Assembly (NCBI RefSeq): GCF_902713615.1
Contig: NC_052162.1
Span: 113,920,226 to 113,984,225 of the forward strand
DNA: 64,000 nucleotides
From: Scyliorhinus canicula
Lineage: Eukaryota
Reading direction: 5' to 3'
In this document: positions 51,551 to 63,492 of the stretch, one piece after another
How the letters are laid out: each line of letters opens with the position of its first letter
Position numbering within the stretch: position 1 is the first letter of the stretch
Made by a program: the position numbers and the translations under genes
Notes under the pieces: generated by a model
Databases searched by the model: none
The model's input: only the letters and a program-made list of their open reading frames with translations
What the model was told of the DNA's origin: nothing

Positions 51551-53966
51551 CGGCCTTTTTCTTTGTCAAACGGCCCAAGTATTTACTCGGCTTATTCACA
51601 AACTCGTATAACTTCTGCCTCACAAACACTCAACTTTACTGGACCTGCTGAGTCAACAGGGAGTCCAAAGCTGCTCTTGCTGCGTTAACCTCCTTCAGCA
51701 ATAGCTTACTCGGGCCCTCCATATGATTCTCCTCCACCATCGCCGAACAAACCTCCAGGCCCCGCTGGTTCTCCAGCATCCTGCACCTTTTATTAGCAGG
51801 GTAAGAAATGATCAGCCCCCGAGCATAAACTTCACATGTCTCCCACAAAATGGAGGGGGGAGTTCGGGGGTCGAGTTAGCCAAAAGGAAGAACTCACAAT
51901 ACGCAGTGAATGAAGCGTCTCTTATCCGGGAAGCATCAAACCTCCACATTCTCGATCTGGGGGTGAACCCTTGAGCAAAATGTGGGTCTGGAAAGAAGGT
52001 AAAATCTCCGCCCCTTAGATGCAAAGTTCTTTCAAACATCCACATAACCAACCTCCTCACAAGCCGGTGCCAAGCCCTAGTTTGCAGCGTGGAGGGGGGT
52101 TCCTGGTAACCAGGAGTTGATCAGCCAGAGGATTTAAGTGGCAGTTGAAGTTGCCAACCACAAATGAGTTAGTTGAAGCTAATTCTGCAAAATCCACAAA
52201 AGCCTTTGGAATGAACTCCGGGGAGTAATTCGGGGATCCATAAACATTCGTTACTGAAACAACATCTCCATGCACGGAACCTCTAATGATTACATATCTA
52301 CCTCCTTTGGTGCAGGTTTCAACCTTAAAAGTGATATTTTTATTAATAAAGATTGCCACACCCTTGCTACTTGATGAAAAGGTGAAAAACCTGCCTCACC
52401 CAATCCCGCCTCAATTTAAAATGTTCCTCATCATCCAGATGTGTTTCCTGTAATAAAGCCATGTCAACTTTCTCCTTAAGAAAGGAGAGGATCTTTTTCC
52501 TTCTGATAGGGTGATGGATGCCCCGTACATTCCCTGAGAAAATTTGCAGATTAACTGCCGCCATTAGTTAGGCGACAGAGAGAACAGGAACAGATTTTCA
52601 CACCACAATCGGGCGTGTGCCATTACCCCCTCCTCCAACTCACTTTACACTAGAGGCATCAAAGTTTCCCCAAACTGCTCCTTTCACGGATAAAAGCCCC
52701 GTCTGTACCAGAGTAGGATAAAGTCAACAACACATAAACCCTCCCATAATAACAAAAATACAAAAGAATCACCACCACAATAGATCCAAGGGGACATTCC
52801 TCAATAAGACTGAGGACCCGGAGGATTAACCCCATGGCCAGACTGTCGTTACCCTCAGGATACCTTCTCCAAAATGAGGAGAAGAAAAGAAGGGCCAACA
52901 AGGGAATGGGGATCGAATGTCCCTCCCGCATTTTAGACCCACCCGTGAAGACCTGCATCCACCACCACCCACCCTTCGGCAATGGCACCACTCAGTTTTG
53001 CCATGATTAACGCTCTGATAATAGAAGAAAAACGACGGATATTAAGCACACGGCACATATACCATAACTGAGATAAGATAATATGAGATCCTGTAACATG
53101 CGAGGAGAAGAAGAAATTCAATCGGAGCTCACAGAATAACAACTCCCTTCAACGGGTTAAAGATAACAAATTCAGACAACAACACCATGATAGGGAAAGA
53201 GTCCGAATTAGAGCCTGAGTTAGTCGGAGCTGCAAACCATCCCTCCAAATCCTTGCCCTTCATGGATTTAACAATGGCCAAGGCAGTTGTCGGATTATTG
53301 AAAGACTTGACGGGGTTGTCGGATTATTGAAAGACTTGACGGGGTTGTCGGATACAATTTTCAGGATCTCAGGAAAAAGCAACATAATTCACTCCCGCAG
53401 CCTTGAGTTCCCTTCAAACTTCCTTAAAGCCTCGATGCTTTGTTTGTGTGGCTGTCGAAAAGTCCTGGAAAAAGGAAATCCTCACTCCCTCATGGAGCCA
53501 GGTCCCACCTCACCTTTCCCGTCTCCAGGAATCTCTGGCAAACTTTCAAGTTGTGGAAGGGAATGATTACAGGCCTGGGATGAAAACTATCCCTTGGCCT
53601 CAAAGACAGGATCCGATGCCCTTTCTGATTGGAAACACCCAGGCTTCACATCCAGCTGGAGAAAACGTGGCAGCCAGTCCTCGAAGAACCTAACGGGAGC
53701 CTCACCCTCCACACCTTCTGGCAGGCCGACGACTCGGATGTTCTTTCTCTGACCCTCGGTTCTCCAAGTTCTCCAGGAATCCGTCACCCCACTCGGCCGG
53801 TTTTCCAAAGATTGAATTCTTGCCTCCGCCGAGGAGGCATCTTGCTCAACGTTCAGGATTCTCTCCTCCAGATCATTGAGCCTCTTCATGGTGTTTTGCA
53901 GCTTGGCCTCATGAGCTCACAGATATTGAGTCAGCTCACTCAGCCTCTGGTCAATAACACAGAGAA

Positions 53967-55755
53967 TAAGACCATAAGACATAGGAGTGAAAGTAAGGCT
54001 ATTCGGCCCATCGAGTCCACTCCGCCATTCAATCATGGCTGATGGGCATTTCAACTCCACCTACCAGCATTCTCCCCGTAGCCCTTAATTCCTCGCGACA
54101 TCAAGAATTTATCTATCTCTGCCTTGAAGCCATTTAGCGTCCTGGCCTCCACTGCACTCCGCGGCAATGAATTCCACAGGCCCACCACTCTCTGGCTGAA
54201 GAAATGTCTCCGCATTTCTGTTCTGAATTTACCCCCTCTAATTCTAAGGCTGTGCCCACGGGTCCTTGTCTCCTCGCCTAACGGAAACAGTTTATTTGCG
54301 TCCACCCTTTCTAAGCCATGTATTATCTTGTAAGTTTCTATTAGATCTCCCCTTAACCTTCTAAACTCCAATGAATACAATCCCAGGATCCTCAGCCGTT
54401 CCTCATATGTTAGAGCCGCCATTCCAGGGATCATCCGTGTGAATCTCCGCTGGACACGCCCCAGTGCCAGTATGTCCTTCCTGAGATGTGGGGCCCAAAA
54501 CTGGACACAGTACTCCAAATGGGGCCTAACCAGAGCCTTATAAAGGCTCAGTAGCACATCGCTGCTTTTATATCCCAACCCTCTTGAGATAAATGACAAC
54601 ATTGCATTCGCTTTCTTAATCACGGATTCAACCTGCATGTTTACCTTTAGGGAATCCTCAACTAGCACTCCCAGATCCCTTTGTACTTTGGCATTATGAA
54701 TTTTCTCACCGTTTAGAAAGTAGTCTACGCTTGGATTCTTTTTTCCAAAGTGCAAGACCTCACATTTTCTCACATTGAATTGCATCAGCCATTTCCTGCA
54801 CCACTCTCCCAAACTGTCTAGATCCTTCTGCAGCCTCCCCACTTCCTCAGCACTACCTGCCTGACCACCTAACTTCGTATCATCGGCAAACTTCGCTAGA
54901 ATGCCCCCAGTCCCTTCATCCAGATCATTAATATATATGGTGAACAGCTGCGGCCCCAACACTGAACCCTGTGGGACACCGCTGGTCACCGGCTGCCATT
55001 CCGAAAAAGAACCTTTTACCCCAACTCTCTGCCTTCTGTCAGACAGCCAATCCTCAACCCATGCCAGTAGCTCACCTCGAACACCATGGGCCCTCACCTT
55101 ACTCAGCAGCCTCCTGTGTGGCACCTTATCAAAGGCCTTTTGGAAATCCAGATAGATCACATCCACTGGGTTTCCCTGGTCTAACCTACTTGTCACCTCC
55201 TCAAAGAATTCTAACAGGTTCGTCAGGCACGACCTCCACTTACTAAATCCATGTTGACTTGTTCTAATCCGACCCTGCTCTTCCAAGAATTTAGAAATCT
55301 CATCCTTAACGATCAATTCTAGAATTTTACCAACAACCGAGGTTAGGCTAATTGGCCTATAATTTTCCATCTTTTGTCTTGATCCTTTCTTAAACAAGGG
55401 GGTTACAACAGCGATCTTCCAATCGTCCGGGACTTTCCCTGACTCCAGTGATTTTTAAAGATCTCAACCAACGCTTCCGCTATTTCTTCAGCCACCTCCC
55501 TCAGAACTCTAGGGTGTAGCCCATCGGGGCCAGGAGATTTGTCAATTTTAAGACCTTTTAGCTTTTTTAGCACCATCTCTTTTGTAATGGCAACCATACT
55601 CAACTCAGCCCCCTGACCCTTTATCATTTTTGGGATATTACTCATGTCTTCCACTGTGAAGACAGACGCAAAGTACTTATTAAGTTCTCCAGCCATTTCC
55701 TCGTCTCCCATCACTAGCCTTCCAGAATCAGTTTGAATTGGCCCAATGTCTACTT
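53967..55755 (-). mobile_element. Young 5'-truncated CR1/HER1 LINE
   Basis: Microsatellite-like tail tcttatggtcttat; one frameshift near 55400-55460. Confidence 0.9.
54051..55397 (-). CDS. CR1 ORF2 reverse transcriptase domain, 448 aa uninterrupted
   Basis: YRPISLTS, QHGF, LDFQKAFDKV, GVPQGSVLGP, FADD motifs. Confidence 0.85.
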   Translation of the reverse strand: MFKKGSRQKMENYRPISLTSVVGKILELIVKDEISKFLEEQGRIRTSQHGFSKWRSCLTNLLEFFEEVTSRLDQGNPVDVIYLDFQKAFDKVPHRRLLSKVRAHGVRGELLAWVEDWLSDRRQRVGVKGSFSEWQPVTSGVPQGSVLGPQLFTIYINDLDEGTGGILAKFADDTKLGGQAGSAEEVGRLQKDLDSLGEWCRKWLMQFNVRKCEVLHFGKKNPSVDYFLNGEKIHNAKVQRDLGVLVEDSLKVNMQVESVIKKANAMLSFISRGLGYKSSDVLLSLYKALVRPHLEYCVQFWAPHLRKDILALGRVQRRFTRMIPGMAALTYEERLRILGLYSLEFRRLRGDLIETYKIIHGLERVDANKLFPLGEETRTRGHSLRIRGGKFRTEMRRHFFSQRVVGLWNSLPRSAVEARTLNGFKAEIDKFLMSRGIKGYGENAGRWS

Positions 55756-56041
55756 TGTCGGCAGTCATCATTTTCACCGCCTCCGAGAGAGTCCCGGAGA
55801 GCGTGGGGTTGAGAGACATCCTGAGGGTCAGGCTGTCATGTTGAAAAGGTGGCTCAAGCCCTACTGAATCCGCCTGCACTCTTTTATCGACTGATTTCTT
55901 GACGTTTTACGACATAATCTTACCAAACACAGTTCTGATGAATTCCAGGGACAGGGGAAACAACAACAAATATTAATTCAAGGATTAGGTAGACAAGTGG
56001 CGGGCAATCAGGATAACTCGCCATATTATTACCGTGGCTAC

Positions 56042-56646
56042 TATCATGGGAGTGTCCCTTTGAGAAAGGCTTTTGTCTTATCACATGACTTCAGTGATGT
56101 CATTGTGTGGGCGGAGCTGGGCTGTGGCTCTGTGAACTGATTTTGGCTTTCGCATTTGGCTGCTGTGGACACAGACAGAAACAGATGTGTTTTGGCCTGT
56201 CTCTCTATTTTCGTTTTAAATATCTGTTCCAGTAAAAATCACCTTGGTGATGGTTTTAGATATAGTTTAAGGGTTTAAACCGGCTGGTGAGAAGGGGACA
56301 GCTGGTGAGAAGGGGTCAGACTCTCAGGAAAAGCCAGTCTTATTCAAGTGAGAATTCAGAGTGCTGGGCCACGCCCTTGCAAAAAGAGTGTTTTGGTTTA
56401 TGGGATTTTGGTTCTGAATTGGAACAGTTAAGGGGGAATTTATGTTTGGAATTGATAAACATTCTTGCTGTATGTTTATATAAATGTTAACTAAGTTCTT
56501 AGAGTAAAGCTTTGTGTTGAGGAAGACTATTGAATCACACCTGAAGAGAAGACTCTTGTGCTCATCCTAGCCAAATTCAACAAAATGTTATAAGTCAAGT
56601 GAATTCTATAAAATACTTTGGAGTTTCTAAACCCTGTCCTATCACA
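56042..56646 (+). mobile_element. Solo LTR, 605 bp
   Basis: CTAC TSD at 56038-56041 and 56647-56650; ends in CA, start TA instead of TG. Confidence 0.7.
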
Positions 56647-56659
56647 CTACCAGGTCAGG

Positions 56660-57215
56660 TAAAAGGTTGGGAATCCTACAGCGAGCAACTCAGCTCCTGA
56701 TCTCCCAAAGCCTGTCCACCAGCTACAGGGCACAAGTAAGAAGTGTAATGGAATACTCTCCACTTGCTTGGATGAGTGCAGCTCCAACAACATTCGAGAA
56801 GCTCAACACCATCCAGGACAAAATAGCCCGTTTGATTGCTTCCCCCTTCCACAAACAACAAACCCTCCACCACTGACGAACAGTGGCAGCCGTGTGTACC
56901 ATCTATTCACTGCAGTCACTCACCAAAGTTCTTTAGACAGCAGCTTCCAAACCCATGGCCACTGCCATCTAGAAGGACAAGAGCAGCAGTTTCCTGGGAA
57001 CCCCACACCCTGGAGTTTCCCTTCCAAGTCACTCACCAGACAGACTTGGAAATATATCGCCGTTCCTTCACTGTCCCTGGGTCAACATCCTGGAACTCCC
57101 TCCCTGATAGCACGATGGGTGTGCAAGAAGGCAACTCACCACCATCTTCTGGAGGCCAACGAGGGATGGGCAACAAATACTGGCCTCACCGGTGAAGCCA
57201 AAATCCTGTCAATGA
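56660..57215 (+). mobile_element. Non-LTR retrotransposon C-terminal fragment
   Basis: YRAQVRSVMEYSPLAW..LNTIQDKIARLI motif. Confidence 0.7.
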
Positions 57216-57693
57216 ATAAAAAAAAATGTAGAGTACCCAGTTCTTTTCTTTTCCAATTAAGGGGCAATTTAGCGTGGCCAATTCACATACCCTGCACGTC
57301 TTTTGGGTTGTAGGGGTGAGATCCACGCAGATATGGGGAGAATGTGCAGAATCCACATGGACAGTTACGTCGGGGCTGACATCAAACCCGGGTCCTTGGC
57401 GCTAAGAGGCAGCAATGCTAACCACTGTGCCACCATGCTGTTCCCGTCAAATGTGAAGACAATGTGATGAAGCTTTGGAATTCTCTACCCCAGAGGATTG
57501 AGGAGCCTCAGTTATCAAGTATTTTCCAGACCGAGATTGATAGGCTTCTAGGTAGTGAAGATATCGAGGGATATGGGGAATAGTGTGGGAAAATGCTGCT
57601 GAGGTAGATCGGCCAATTATCCCATTGAATGGTTGGGCAGGCTCGATGGGCTGAATGGCTGACTGCAGCTCCTATTATGATCTCTGTGTCCAG

Positions 57694-57759
57694 GACAGGA
57701 AGCAGTGAGCAGGGATCTGTCAATCAGCCTGAATCAGCACCTTCAGGAGAATTGGGAGG
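57694..57759 (+). other. Predicted 66-nt non-coding exon 2 of ZNF F
   Basis: tgtccAG acceptor and GG|GTGAAT donor; module conserved near 16530, 26580 (-), 27790, 40040 (-). Confidence 0.55.
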
Positions 57760-58269
57760 GTGAATATTAGATACAGCAGGGTGAGAATGGAGGGAGAGTG
57801 TGTGGGATGGAGATTTACACCTTTTGGGGAATGAGAGAGAAAAGAATGTTCCAGCGAAACTAGAATTGTCTGTTCTGAATTTCTATCCTGCACTGACAGT
57901 TATGTCTTTTCTAAACTCCTTTTACAGGATGTGAAAAGGATAGGATTTACAGACAGAAATCTCAAACATCACGTCTGGATCTGATAGAGTCACTCAGTTC
58001 AGCGGCCATTAAATCTAGAAGAAAAATGTTTGCCCGACCTGTTGGCTTCAAAAGATTTTAAACGTCAGTGTGACTGGAAAAGCACCGAGACACACACACC
58101 CCGAGTGAGAGTGTTCCAGAGCACTGACTGTGGAAAGAGTTAGAACCAGTTACACCGCCTGAAAAAACATCGCACCATTCACAGCGGGGAGGGACCGTAT
58201 ACGTGTTCTGTGTGTGGACGAGGCTTCAACTGATCGTCCGACCTGGAGAGACACAAGGAGACCCAAAAC

Positions 58270-58860
58270 ATGGAGAAACCGTGGAAATGTGGGGACTGTG
58301 GAAAGGGATTCAGAGTCCCATCTGTGCTGGAAGCTCATCGACGCAGTCACACTGGGGAGAGGCCGTTCATCTGCTCTCAGTGTGGGAAGAGATTCACTTG
58401 GTTACACAACCTGCAGTCACACCAGCGATTTCACACTGGGGAGAGGCCATTCACCTGCTCTGTGTGTGAGAAGGGATTCACTCGGTTACAGAACCTGCAG
58501 ACACACCAGCGAGTTCACACTGGGGAGAGGCCATACTCCTGCTCTCAATGTGGGAAGGAATTCAGTGAGTTAGCCAGCCTGATGAAACACCAGCGAGTTC
58601 ACACTGGGGAGAGGCCGTTCACCTGCTCTCAGTGTGGGAAGGGATTCACTCAATTATCCAGCCTGAAGTCACACCAGCGAATTCACACAGGGGAGAGGCC
58701 ATTCACCTGCTCTCAATGTGGGAAGGCATTCACTCAGTCATCCAACCTGCAGATACACCAGCGAGTTCACACTGAGGAGAAGCCATTTACCTGCTCTCAG
58801 TGTGGGAAGGGATTTTGTGTTTCATCGCGCCTGCTGACACACCAAAAGGTTCACAAGTGA
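58270..58860 (+). CDS. C2H2 ZNF protein F, 7 tandem fingers, 196 aa
   Basis: [10 protein letters not shown] to VHK*; acceptor ttttacag at 57927; 591 nt = 7x84+3. Confidence 0.9.
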   Translation: MEKPWKCGDCGKGFRVPSVLEAHRRSHTGERPFICSQCGKRFTWLHNLQSHQRFHTGERPFTCSVCEKGFTRLQNLQTHQRVHTGERPYSCSQCGKEFSELASLMKHQRVHTGERPFTCSQCGKGFTQLSSLKSHQRIHTGERPFTCSQCGKAFTQSSNLQIHQRVHTEEKPFTCSQCGKGFCVSSRLLTHQKVHK

Positions 58861-59469
58861 TTACAGGGGTTGGATTCTGCTGTTACTGTTTCTGCCTCAA
58901 TTACATCCAGGACTCCATTTAATTCATTCCGAAAGTTGCTTAATGATGGTTGGAGGGTAGGGCCGCACAGTGGTGCAATGGTTAGCACAGCTGCCTCGGC
59001 TCGGAGGTCCCAGGTTCGATCCCGGCCCTGGGTCACTGACCGAGTTAAGTTTGCACATTATTCCCGTGTCTGTGTGGGTTTCGCCCCCACAATCGAAAGA
59101 TATGCAGGGTAGGTGGATTTTATTTTTTGTTTTTTATAAATTGAGGGTACTCAATTCATTTTTCCAATTCACAGGCAATTTAGCGTGGACAAGTCACCTA
59201 CCCTACACATTTTTGGGTTGTGGGGGCGAAACCCACAATTTAGAAATTTTTAGAAATCTAATTTTAGAAATCTGTCAGTCTCAGCTTTAAACACACTCAG
59301 TGACTGAGCTTCCACAGCCCTCTGGGGTAGAGAATTCTAAAGATTCACAACCCTCTGAGTAAAGAAATGTCTCCTCCGAGACCCGTCCTAAGTGACTTAT
59401 TTTGAAATTGTGTCCCCTGGTTCCAGACTCCCCAACCAGGGGAAACATCTCATCTGCATCTGTTTCCAA

Positions 59470-60580
59470 TTATTTTTGGCTCTCCTCAACAGACACAGAA
59501 TACAAAGCAGCTGAGAAATGTGAAGAACAGATGGTGAATGTTGCAGCATCGATAGTAACCTGTCTTACCATCAAGTGAAGAATTCTGCTGTCAGAGCCAG
59601 GCAACTACATATCACTGAATTGTTGAAACTTTTCTTGTGTAACCTTGGAGGCTGCCCCGGTCTTTAGAAATCTAGGAGTGGGTAAATTTATGCTCACGAC
59701 TGTGACATGAGAGACTAAAATGGACTATACTCAAGTTTGCCTGTTGAAAAATCTAAAATTATATTATAGAGTATAAAGTTGCATGTAATCATAAATGTTT
59801 AAAATTCAAAAAGTTTGTAGACAAACAAAGCCACCTGCGTACATAGCTGGTTCATTTATTTTAAAGGGGGAGGTGTGACGATTGGAAGATTGCAGGAAAA
59901 TTCAATTTTCAATGTATTGGGCAGTTAAGGGTTAAAAGGGTTAAAAGGGTTAAAAGCGTGGGGTTAGAGTGTGATTCACTGCAGTGGTCCTGTTTTTATT
60001 TTACAGAAGGATCCTGTTTTGCAGGACCTGGGTGTGTTTAATAGCCAGAAGGTGAAATTGTTAAAGGAATGTGTTTTTCAGTCTGGGCTAATGGACTGTG
60101 GTTTGACTGGGAAAGTACTTGTGGAATTAATGTTCTTTGCAGCCGGCAGAGATAATTTGTTTTCCAGCTTGGGGCGATGAGGTCATTGCTGGGTGGAACC
60201 AAGGAAGGCAGAAAGACATATTAAAAATGTTTAGAGAGCAGTTTTTGGAGAAAGATTTGGAGGGAGGAGTTGAATTCTGGATCCACGATTCTCCCACAGT
60301 AAGATAGATTGAGAGCTGTATCTTTCTTTTCCTGTTTAATGGGAGATTGAGTAGTCGTGTTTAAGTGGGTGACTGTAAGTTGTTTTTGGGTGTGAAGTTA
60401 AAATGTTTAATATTGGAGCCATAATAAAGTTTTATTTGAAAAATAACCAAGCCCTATTTCTTCATGCGATCACTCCTGGAGCGAATCATTCTTTCTGCAC
60501 AGTCTGACAAATAAACTGAAATATTGGGGTTTTGGTCCAGTATCCCAGCCACTGTTGGGGTCTGGTCTGCGATCGGAATA
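59470..60580 (+). mobile_element. 3' end of an LTR retrotransposon (internal remnant, PPT, 3' LTR from 59874)
   Basis: PPT aaagggggagg directly before TGTGACG; AATAAA at about 60423. Confidence 0.6.
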
Positions 60581-60939
60581 GTGACCGATGTAACAATTGG
60601 TTGGAGGCCCATTTCCCAGTCAGTCCTCCAGAACCTTCCTGTCTCTCTATTAGTGCGACACCCATGGCAGTTTCCCAACTGGGGCACAGGCCCCGTTATT
60701 CTGAGCTAAATTCAGTCTCAGCTCTGTCTCCTGCCTGGCATTGACATGAGCAATAGAGACAGAAAGGTGCCCGAGGAGCAAGTGGGAAGTTCAAACTTGT
60801 GGCTCCAAATCAACACTTCAACATTTGTCAGTTAAATCCATGTTATTTATACTGGGTTTTTAGTTATTGGATTTAGGCATCGGAGGCAAAAGGTGGAGGG
60901 TTTTAAAGTATAACTTTTCCTTTCCAGCTAGTGTCCGCC

Positions 60940-61590
60940 ATGGCTCAGTGGGCAGCACTGTCACCTCTGAGTCAGAAGGTTAAGACCCAATCAGGGACCT
61001 GTGGACAAAAAACCAGTTCCAACATTCCTGGTCCCAGCACTGAGGGAGTGCTGCACTGTCAGAACAGCCTTCTTTCAAATAAGATGTTAAACTGAGGCCC
61101 TGTCTGCCCCTCTCAGGTGGGTATAAAAGTTCCCACAGCCACTATTTTGAAGAAGAGCAGGGAAGTTATCCCCGGTGTCCTGGTCAATATTTATCCCTCA
61201 ATCATAATGTGGAGATGCCGGCATTGGACGGGTGAGCACAGTAAGAAGTCTTGCAACACTAGGTTAAAGTCCAACAGGTTTGTTTCAAACACTAGCCTTC
61301 GGAGCGCAGCTCCTTCCTCAACAGTGCTCTGAAAGCTGGTGTTTTAAACAAACCTGTTGGACTTTAACCTGGTGTTGTAACACTTCTTACTGTAACCCTT
61401 AATCCACATCACTAAAAACACATCATCTGCTCATTATCACATTGTTGTGTGTGGGATCTTGCTGTGTGTAAATTGGCTGCTGCGTTCATACATTATAACA
61501 GTGATCACACTTCAAAAGTACTTTATTGGCTGGAAAGCACTTTGGGACGCCCTGTGGTTTTGAAGGCGCTACAGAAATGCAAGTTTTTTA
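60940..61590 (+). mobile_element. Deu-domain SINE with a palindromic Penelope-tail insert (about 61207-61393)
   Basis: Reverse complement of 34750-35215, which lacks the insert. Confidence 0.75.
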
Positions 61591-61678
61591 ATTGAAGACT
61601 TCTGTTATCTGATCTTGTTATCTGGAACTTAATTGATTTCAGCCACCCACAAATTACCATTTAATAAATTCACTTTTG

Positions 61679-63492
61679 ACGGACTTCCAGCGAGTGGGAG
61701 GCAGCTGCACATTGCAGGGCTCCCGTTCGGGAATGGCATTTTCAGGGATTAACGCCCAGTCCCAGGAGCTACAGAGGCGGCAAAAGCAGGGAGACGGCAC
61801 AGCGAAGAGAAATGTCAAAATCAAGTAAAATAATGGCTGTGAAAAAAGCGGCTGAAAGTCCGTCGGGGAGTGGAAAGGTCACCGTGGGGACGGCAAGGAA
61901 AGTGGAGGCTGGGGCACCAGGGGAGGCCACATTGCTCACGGCTGAAGAAATAACTAAAGCGATGGCCGCGGAACTCGAAAGGCAGTTTACAAAGCACATG
62001 GAGGCGATGAGGAAGGAGATGGTATTGAAAGTGCTGGTGGAGGAGGCGATTGCCCCGGTGAGGGCGGTGCTATTGAGTGCAGTGGCAGAGGTGCAGGAGC
62101 AAGGCGAGGCGCTGAAGGACGTGAAAGAGACATTATTGCAGCACGGTGATCAAATTACCGCGATGGGGAAGGAGATGCGGAAGGTGCTGGAGAGCAACAA
62201 GGATCTGCGAGCCAAAATGGACGACTTGGAAAACCGATCCAGGCGACAGAATCTGAGGGTTGTGGGTCTTCCCGAAGGAGCGGAAGGCCCGAGGCCGGCT
62301 GAGTATTTTGCCACAATGTTGGCGAAGCTATTGGGGGAGGGAGATGATCCCTCCTGATATGAACTGGATCGGGCTCACCGGTCCTGAAGGCCCGTACCAA
62401 AGGAGAGTGAGCCGCCAAGAGTAGCAACTTTGTGTTTTCGAAGGTACCGCGTGAAGGAGAAGGTCCTGTGCTGGGCAAAACAGAAGCGGGTGATGCAGTG
62501 GGCTGGAGCTGGTATACGCATATATCAGGACTACACGGTGGAGCTGGAGAGGAGGCGGGCTGCCTTCAGCTGGGTGAAGACGGCATTGTACATCAGTAGG
62601 GTGCAGTGCGGCATAGTATACCCAGCTAAGTTGAGGGTGACCATTGATGCAAGGACTTTTATTTTGGGACAGCAGAAGCAGCGGAGGAGTTTGCGAAGGC
62701 AGAAGGACTGTGGCTGAATTGAGAAGTGGACATGTATCGATGTAGCCTCATGTAGCTGTATTTTTTCACTGCGGTTGGTGTATGTGCTAAATGAGCTAAC
62801 GTTGTATATACTTGGATAAGGGAAGAGATGGGACTTTTGTTTGCAATGATGGTTCTTTGGGGCTTGGGTGTGTATGTGGGGTCTGTGCTAAAGGGGAGTT
62901 CTTGGTTTTCCTGGGACTGGGCAAGGGGAAAGACACCTGGGTGGGTGCCGCCATGACCGGCCAATGAACAGAGTGAGGTGGGGGGAGGGGCTGCGGCCAT
63001 CGGAGCCCGGCAGAGCAGGTCCCAATGAGTCAAGCCGGGGTGGAAAGTAGGGGGAGGAAAGGAACAGAGGTTGGGGGGAGGGGTTTTGTGAAAGGAAGTG
63101 GAGAGGGGGAGTCGGGAAGGGGGAGTCTGGATGGGGGGAGGGCTCGCAATGCGTGGGTGTCATGTACGGTACTCTTTCGGGGATTGGATGGCATTCAATG
63201 TTTTGGGGGGGGGGGGGGGGGGTGGACTCTATGGGCCAACGGTGTCCATAGGCGATTCCTGATTCTTTTTTTTGTTTGTTTTTTTTCCTCCTTGGATTAT
63301 CCCGCTGTGGGTGGGTTTGTTCTATTTGATGCTTATATTGCCAGGAGGGTCATTGTTTGGGGTGGTGGGAGGATGGGATCGTTGTTGTTGATAAGGGAAC
63401 TGACTTTGTATTTGTTACCGTTTACTGTCTGTGGGTGGGGTGTAAATTCTGAACAAAATGTGAAAATGGAGAATAAAAATATTTCACAGAAA
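61679..63492 (+). mobile_element. ORF1-only L1/Tx1 derivative (HAL1-like)
   Basis: 5' UTR, ORF1 61812 to about 62720 (DLENRSRRQNLRVVGLPEG, IRIYQD), no ORF2 motifs, 3' UTR with AATAAA and A-rich end, imperfect TSD. Confidence 0.75.

Larger units (their letters stand above)
51551..56030 (-). mobile_element. L1/Tx1 5' half (5' UTR, ORF1, ORF2 endonuclease), degraded, split by a CR1
   Basis: RKNIRVVGLPEGVEG (ORF1) and NVRGIHHPIRRKKI..LQETHL (APE) motifs. Confidence 0.8.

Noticed and set aside
58231-58233. Selenocysteine reading of the conserved TGA
   Set aside because: Not a Cys ligand position, one paralog has TAA, and no SECIS recognised
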